Both the position numbers and the translations under genes were made by a program. Shown one piece after another: positions 7,289-11,905 of a stretch of DNA of 11,905 bases. The stretch's first letter is position 1; every line of letters begins with the position of its first letter. The notes under the pieces are model-generated. The model saw only the letters and a list, made by a program, of their open reading frames with translations, was not told where the DNA came from and did not search any database. This DNA is from Bdellovibrionia bacterium (GTDB lineage: Bacteria; Bdellovibrionota; UBA1018), in contig JBJMMA010000041.1 in NCBI GenBank assembly GCA_045805065.1, positions 1 to 11,905 of the forward strand, written 5' to 3'.

Positions 7289-7762
7289 GTGACAAGCGAT
7301 TTGAGTCCGACATCGCCATCCTTGGGATCTGCATCTACGCTGGGGAGCCGCCCTGCGGGTTTCTTTCTGCGAGTCGTTGCATCACTCTTGGATCTTTCGA
7401 TTGTCGTGCTTGCGACTTGGGTATTGGCGATGCTTTTAATCCATACGCATGATCCTGAGGCGGAGCAGGATGCGGTGGTGACGATTTTCTTAGTCGTCAG
7501 CGCGGCTTACTCGGTGGGGTTCAATTGCTGGAAGGGTGGAACGCCTGGAAAGCTTCTCTTTGGAATGCGCGTTGTGCGAATGCGGGATGGAGCGCGGCTG
7601 ACCTGGCACCAAGCTCTGGCGCGCTGGGCAAGCTATCTTCTATCCGCGTCGCTCTTTGGTGCAGGGTTTTTAATGGCGGCGTTTCATCCATTAAAGAGAA
7701 CGATCCACGATCTTTTGGGCGGCTCGCGCGTGATCAGGCTGACATCAAAGTCGAAAGTCTAA
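7289..7762 (+). CDS. RDD family membrane protein
   Basis: AGFFLRVVASLLD, GGTPGKLLFGMRVV, ALARW and KRTIHDLLGGSRV, with three hydrophobic segments. Confidence 0.92.
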   Translation: MTSDLSPTSPSLGSASTLGSRPAGFFLRVVASLLDLSIVVLATWVLAMLLIHTHDPEAEQDAVVTIFLVVSAAYSVGFNCWKGGTPGKLLFGMRVVRMRDGARLTWHQALARWASYLLSASLFGAGFLMAAFHPLKRTIHDLLGGSRVIRLTSKSKV

Positions 7763-8061
7763 GCCTTTTGGCCAACGAGATAGGTGACGCTGCCGTTTTT
7801 TGAAACTTCTGCAGTGTGGGGGAGTTTGGCCGGGAGATAGAGACGATCGCCAGTTTTGAGCGAGTACTTCTGATCTTCGATTTCAAAGATGAGCTCGCCT
7901 CTTAAAATCCAGATGCACTCATCTTGTTTGTGGACGTGCTTGCGATAGCAGGCACCTGGCACGTCGTACCATTTAAAGGATTCGTAACCTTCTTGATGAA
8001 GTCGTGCTTCCGCCTCTTCTTGAGAAGGAGGATCCGCACGTTCCCATCTAACAATCCGCAT
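7759..8061 (-). CDS. Cupin domain protein
   Basis: Motif 1 HVHKQDECIWILRGEL and motif 2 GDRLYLPAKLPHT. AAGGT lies upstream of the ATG. Confidence 0.9.
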   Translation of the reverse strand: MRIVRWERADPPSQEEAEARLHQEGYESFKWYDVPGACYRKHVHKQDECIWILRGELIFEIEDQKYSLKTGDRLYLPAKLPHTAEVSKNGSVTYLVGQKA

Positions 8062-8067
8062 CGTACC

Positions 8068-8298
8068 TTAGATTGTACCACCAGACGTTTGGGATTTGGA
8101 TAGTCCTAAGTCCCAAAGTTCACGAGAGAAAACACGAATTTCTTCAAGCTCGCGCCACATACCTGGCTGCCAGCCTTTGGCGCCTTCGAAAGATTCGTAT
8201 TCCCAGGCGGCTACGTCATTGTGCAGTGCGGTAACGGCGGCGTTAACGCCTTGGGATTTCAGAATTTCGATGTATTTGTCGCGGTCGATTTTGAACAT
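8068..8298 (-). CDS. Small hypothetical protein, probably co-transcribed with the cupin
   Basis: 76 aa with protein-like amphipathic composition. It ends 6 nt before the cupin start and fills the gap without conflict. Confidence 0.75.
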   Translation of the reverse strand: MFKIDRDKYIEILKSQGVNAAVTALHNDVAAWEYESFEGAKGWQPGMWRELEEIRVFSRELWDLGLSKSQTSGGTI

Positions 8299-8378
8299 AT
8301 ATCTAACGATTACTCGTAAATCGGTCCGCGCTCAAGAGTTTAGGTGGAGATAAGTGGCTGGGAATCGTTTCAGAATCA

Positions 8379-8407
8379 CCTGGGGCCGCCTTTCGAGCGA
8401 CCCCAGG
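8379..8407 (-). terminator. GC-rich hairpin downstream of the 8425-8820 gene (terminator or 3' stabiliser)
   Basis: The minus strand reads CCTGGGGTCGC-TCGAAAG-GCGGCCCCAGG, an 11-bp stem 17 nt after the stop. The U-tract is weak (TGATTCT). Confidence 0.5.
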
Positions 8408-8424
8408 ACCCTTGGAGGAAACTT

Positions 8425-8820
8425 TCAGAATGCTTCGGTCTTTTGGACGTTGAGAACAGTGTCGTTCGATACGGTTCCTTCGATGGCCACCTTGCGGGTG
8501 CCATTCTTAAAGAACTGCTTGGCTGTCTCGTTGTCGCCCGAGAGCCGGTAGGTCTTACCTGTTTGATTTTCTTTGATATTTATCGATTCTTCGCCCGTTG
8601 ATTCGGTCGTCGTGGTCAATTCTCCCACCACCCGTATTTTAGGAGCGGTGTAGCTGGATGGCCGGCGAAGGGCAGGGGCAAAGTCGGCGCCCGAGCCGTC
8701 CCCGCGCGGAAAGGCGTAGAGGACTTGCGGGCTTGCGAGCATGAAGAACAGGCTCAAAGCGGTGAGACGTATCGCCAGGCGCTTGGTGGTTATTGGATGG
8801 TTGGTAGTAAAAGTCGTCAT
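8425..8820 (-). CDS. Small secreted hypothetical protein, possibly OB-fold-like
   Basis: The ATG at 8820 is preceded by GGGAGGGAGAG. Signal peptide KRLAIRLTALSLFFMLASPQVLYA. The mature part has a beta-strand pattern (IRVVGEL...GKTYRLSG...KVAIEGTV...VLNVQK). The fold is inference. Confidence 0.8.
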   Translation of the reverse strand: MTTFTTNHPITTKRLAIRLTALSLFFMLASPQVLYAFPRGDGSGADFAPALRRPSSYTAPKIRVVGELTTTTESTGEESINIKENQTGKTYRLSGDNETAKQFFKNGTRKVAIEGTVSNDTVLNVQKTEAF

Positions 8821-8870
8821 AGGCTCTCCCTCCCAGTTGGAAAGCATAGGTTCGGCTTTGGCCTTTAGAT

Positions 8871-8896
8871 TACGGCCAAGCTCCAAAAAAGTTTCA
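8871..8896 (-). promoter_or_regulatory. ECF sigma factor promoter (sigmaW-type)
   Basis: The minus strand reads TGAAAC(8896-8891)-N16-CGTA(8874-8871), with a T-tract right after the -35, about 50 nt upstream of ATG 8820. Confidence 0.65.
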
Positions 8897-9314
8897 GTCT
8901 AGTGTTTGTTTTGGACCTGATTTCGGCGCCGAGCGGCGCAGGCAGGTTATGCCGGAAGCTCCACAGCAACCCTCACAGGTGCCGCAGGCCAGGCGTTGGA
9001 GTCTGGACAGGGTTTGTGGGTGTTCTTTAGGAAAGAGGCAGCAATCTGAGACATCTTTGGCACCTCCGTGTGGCTTTTTGGCGTTTTTACAACACTCGAG
9101 AGGTTCAAAGTGCCGTACCTCATGTACGACTTCGGTCCTCTCATCTCTAAGGTTAGGGGAATTTTTCGGCCGAAGCGAGAGATATTTTGCTGACGCAGTC
9201 CGCCGGGGAGCCGCTCTGGTGGCTCATCCGAAGGTTTTTTATAAAATCGCGGTTTTAAGCTGCTTCTGACGCTTTACATTAGCCAAGAACGATACTATAT
9301 CTTTTGGACACCGT

Positions 9315-9392
<78 letters not shown>

Positions 9393-9529
9393 TTTTTCTC
9401 CCTCTCTCTCTCTTCCCATCACGAAATCTTAAAATTTCCGACAGCGCTTTGTACTCGGCAGCTGACGTCATTGCAGTCATACTCAATGGATCGAGTAGTA
9501 GACGTTTTCCAGGCCAGGAGTAGTGGGCA

Positions 9530-10090
9530 ATGGCGCTTTATCGTGAGTTCAATGGGAAGCTAGAGTCGTTTCAATACGCGGTCGTTTATGATTCGACCGG
9601 CGCACATGTACCCGTCTCCAAGTTCTGGAGCGAGCGCACCGCCATCCTGGTTTTTCTGCGCCACTTTGGCTGCATCGCTTGCCGCTCGCATGCACAAGAC
9701 GTGTGGGAGAATCGTGAGAAGCTTCAGCAGAACGGCGCGCGAATCATCTTCATCGGGAATGGCCAGAGCTCTTACATCGAGAAGTTCCGCGCCGACTTTA
9801 ATCTAGGAGACGCGCCGATTTACACCGATCCCACCTTGCGCGCGTTTGAGCTGGGGGGCTTCAAGCGCGGACTCAGTCACGTGATGAACGTCGAAAGTGT
9901 AAAAAATGGCCTCGAGCTGATGAGCGAAGGCCACCGTAACGGAAATCCTTTCAGTTCCAAGACAGGTAACAACTGGCAGCTGGGCGGGGTGATTGTTGTG
10001 CATCCCGGAACTCGCGTGACTTATCACTATATCAGCGAGGCTTTGGGGGATACTCCGGAGGCGGGGGAGATTCCGTCAGAAAATTCCTAG
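9530..10090 (+). CDS. Peroxiredoxin-like thioredoxin-fold protein (AhpC/TSA_2, PRXL2/SelU-like)
   Basis: LVFLRHFGCIACR (CxxC), IY.DP....F and QLGGVIVV.PG....Y.Y. AGGAG RBS lies 9 nt upstream. Confidence 0.9.
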   Translation: MALYREFNGKLESFQYAVVYDSTGAHVPVSKFWSERTAILVFLRHFGCIACRSHAQDVWENREKLQQNGARIIFIGNGQSSYIEKFRADFNLGDAPIYTDPTLRAFELGGFKRGLSHVMNVESVKNGLELMSEGHRNGNPFSSKTGNNWQLGGVIVVHPGTRVTYHYISEALGDTPEAGEIPSENS

Positions 10091-10092
10091 TC

Positions 10093-11905
10093 TCACAGCG
10101 TGGATGCAAGCGCCGATTCAGCGCTTTGGACGTGAGTGTGGAGCGGGAGCTGGTTCAAAAGAAACTTTGGAAGAAGCTTCTGTCCAAGCTTCTCGCAACG
10201 TTGACGAAGCTCCTCGTCATCCCAACGATGAGTCACAAGAACTGCCGACTCTCTGACACCTGTCATCTCGATCAGATCCAATCCATTAGGTGTTTGACCC
10301 GTCTGTGATCGGCTCGAAAAGCTGTAGTCGCAAAAGTAGAAAACATTCTCGAGTGACAAGTTTTCACGATACCAAGACAGAAGCTCTTGAGCGGTATAGA
10401 GGTGAACTACTTTAGGTTGGTCCTTGCCGTGGCCAGTGAATGGCAAAACTTTTCCGTCCCAGATCTGATGAACAGATGGATCGTCATCAATTACCACGAT
10501 AGTGCTGGTTGGGGCGATCGTCGTGGCTTGTGGAAACCACTGTGGAGAATCACAGAGTGCAAACTCGAGAGTGACTGTTGTACCGACTCCCACTGTTGAT
10601 TCGAGCTTGAAGACACCACCCCAAGACTCGGTCGTGGATTTCGCATGCGAAAGGCCCAGGCCGTTTCCATTCACTTTGCCGAAAGTTCCACCGGGCAGGA
10701 CAACTTTCGAAAGGAGTTCCGAAGGAATACCCTTTCCGTTATCGATGACTCTGACTTGAGCTCGTTCGTTTGAACGAGTGAGGCTAACTTGAATATGGCC
10801 CTTTTCACCGAGTGCTTCAGCTGAGTTATTGATCAGGTTAGACAGGACTCGATAAAATTCGGTCACTTTAATTTCAGCAAAAAGTCCAAACTCTTCTCCA
10901 GTCAAGTTGAGTGAGATCTCTAAGTCAGGTCTATCCTGATATTGCAGTCTGGCTTGCGTAACGACAGAATCCAAATGAGCTGCCAAAAGCTCCACGGTTT
11001 TGGCTTCCTCTGTTGCATCCGAGGGGAGGGGTGTTGTTGCCGAGCTTGCAACAGGCGAAATTTCGCTGCTGTCTCTCTTCTTTTTCAGCAGACCATCGGC
11101 GATGTTTCGAATTCGAGTTGCAGCAGTTTGTAACTGAGCTCGAATCGACTCATCCACTGCTTGGGAGTCAAAAATGACAGCGTTCAATGCCGCTAAAGGT
11201 GCGCGGATATCGTGGGCCACTTGAGCGGCTGTGCGAGAAAACGCGGCATCGCGTTCAAATTCTGCGACCTGCCGGGCGCGCTCAAAGAGTCGACGAATCG
11301 GTACCAGCGGAATCAACGTAGGCTCGCCATTAAATCTCTGTCCGACAAACCCTTCTGCAAGGGCGATTGAGCGGATGGTCGGCCAGAAGATAATGGCCAG
11401 GAGAAATAGAAATACGAACGATAAAGCCGCGCCCGAATAGGTGGCGTATTTGGAAATGATTTTCCGCTCTTCGACCAGAAAGCAGCTGTCCTGATAAATG
11501 GTCACGCGAAATGGATACATCGAATCTGGATAAGAAAACTCGCGCTGCCGACTGGATAGGCATCCCGGAGCTACCGATGTGTTGGTCTTCCAATTCGCAT
11601 ATTTGAAGTTTTGCTCTTCGCCGCCGCTGATCACCACTTCAGTGATCCCTCGATCGTTCAACCGAGAGTTGGACATCAATCTTTTAAGCTGCTCGTCCGA
11701 ATACGCAGCAGAATGCAGCCTTGCAAAAGCGACAGGGCCTGCCTCAATCGATCCGAACAGGATCTCAACTTCTTTATCGATAACTGCTGTGGAAATAGAG
11801 CTGATGAGTAACTTTGTCGACAGAGTGACGACTGCAATCGCAGTCAGCGTTCCCGCCAAACCCAGCCACAGAAGGCCAGCATAAGTGATGTTTAAAAAGC
11901 CTCGA
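10093..11905 (-). CDS. Hybrid sensor histidine kinase (TM-periplasmic-TM-HisKA-HATPase-REC); 5' end outside the window
   Basis: AQVAHDIRAPL, SNLINNSAEA, DNGKGI, GNGLGL and GVGTTV, then a C-terminal REC (VIDDD, FCDY, LVT, LPK). The frame stays open from 11859 to the window edge (RGFLNITYAGLLWLGL...), so the TTG at 11859 is probably not the start. Confidence 0.9.
   Translation of the reverse strand, partial: RGFLNITYAGLLWLGLAGTLTAIAVVTLSTKLLISSISTAVIDKEVEILFGSIEAGPVAFARLHSAAYSDEQLKRLMSNSRLNDRGITEVVISGGEEQNFKYANWKTNTSVAPGCLSSRQREFSYPDSMYPFRVTIYQDSCFLVEERKIISKYATYSGAALSFVFLFLLAIIFWPTIRSIALAEGFVGQRFNGEPTLIPLVPIRRLFERARQVAEFERDAAFSRTAAQVAHDIRAPLAALNAVIFDSQAVDESIRAQLQTAATRIRNIADGLLKKKRDSSEISPVASSATTPLPSDATEEAKTVELLAAHLDSVVTQARLQYQDRPDLEISLNLTGEEFGLFAEIKVTEFYRVLSNLINNSAEALGEKGHIQVSLTRSNERAQVRVIDNGKGIPSELLSKVVLPGGTFGKVNGNGLGLSHAKSTTESWGGVFKLESTVGVGTTVTLEFALCDSPQWFPQATTIAPTSTIVVIDDDPSVHQIWDGKVLPFTGHGKDQPKVVHLYTAQELLSWYRENLSLENVFYFCDYSFSSRSQTGQTPNGLDLIEMTGVRESAVLVTHRWDDEELRQRCEKLGQKLLPKFLLNQLPLHTHVQSAESALASTL

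Noticed and set aside
8821..8886. TTG-initiated extension of the 8425 ORF
   Set aside because: It begins inside the predicted ECF promoter. ATG 8820 has the better RBS and gives a normal signal peptide.
8947..9269. ORFs 8949-9269 (+) and 8947-9144 (-)
   Set aside because: No motifs, atypical composition and no convincing RBS. Treated as non-coding, though a small protein cannot be excluded.
9273..9303. tRNA promoter candidate TTTACA...TATATC/TATCTT
   Set aside because: Plausible, but the 17-nt spacing gives a poor -10 and the better -10 needs 19 nt, so it is too ambiguous to call.
9393..9417. Pyrimidine/(CT)n tract after the tRNA
   Set aside because: Short and non-coding, with no preceding hairpin other than the tRNA. 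No evidence of phase variation.
9671..9682. Possible selenoprotein (SelU-like) form of the peroxiredoxin-like protein
   Set aside because: Both CxxC positions are TGC codons and there is no in-frame TGA.

Overview
Gene-dense bacterial chromosomal window of about 50% GC. The gene content suggests a Bdellovibrionota/Oligoflexia-like organism, but this is inference only. It holds 14 supportable CDSs and one tRNA: a tatA-hpt pair (-); a TehB-like SAM methyltransferase coupled to a ChrA chromate-type transporter (+); an OmpR-family regulator and a membrane histidine kinase (+); a two-gene operon (-) encoding an unknown secreted protein and a lipoprotein homologous to oomycete GP42/Pep-13 transglutaminase elicitors; an RDD protein; a cupin; two small hypothetical proteins; tRNA-Pro(TGG); a peroxiredoxin-like (AhpC/TSA_2) protein; and a hybrid histidine kinase that runs off the right end. 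The most interesting element is the transglutaminase-like operon, which has a near-consensus sigma-54 promoter, ATGA coupling and its own GAAA-tetraloop terminator. Other signals are an exact sigmaW-type ECF promoter match upstream of a small secreted protein, several candidate leaderless genes, and structured non-coding DNA upstream of the tRNA. No mobile element or CRISPR array was found.
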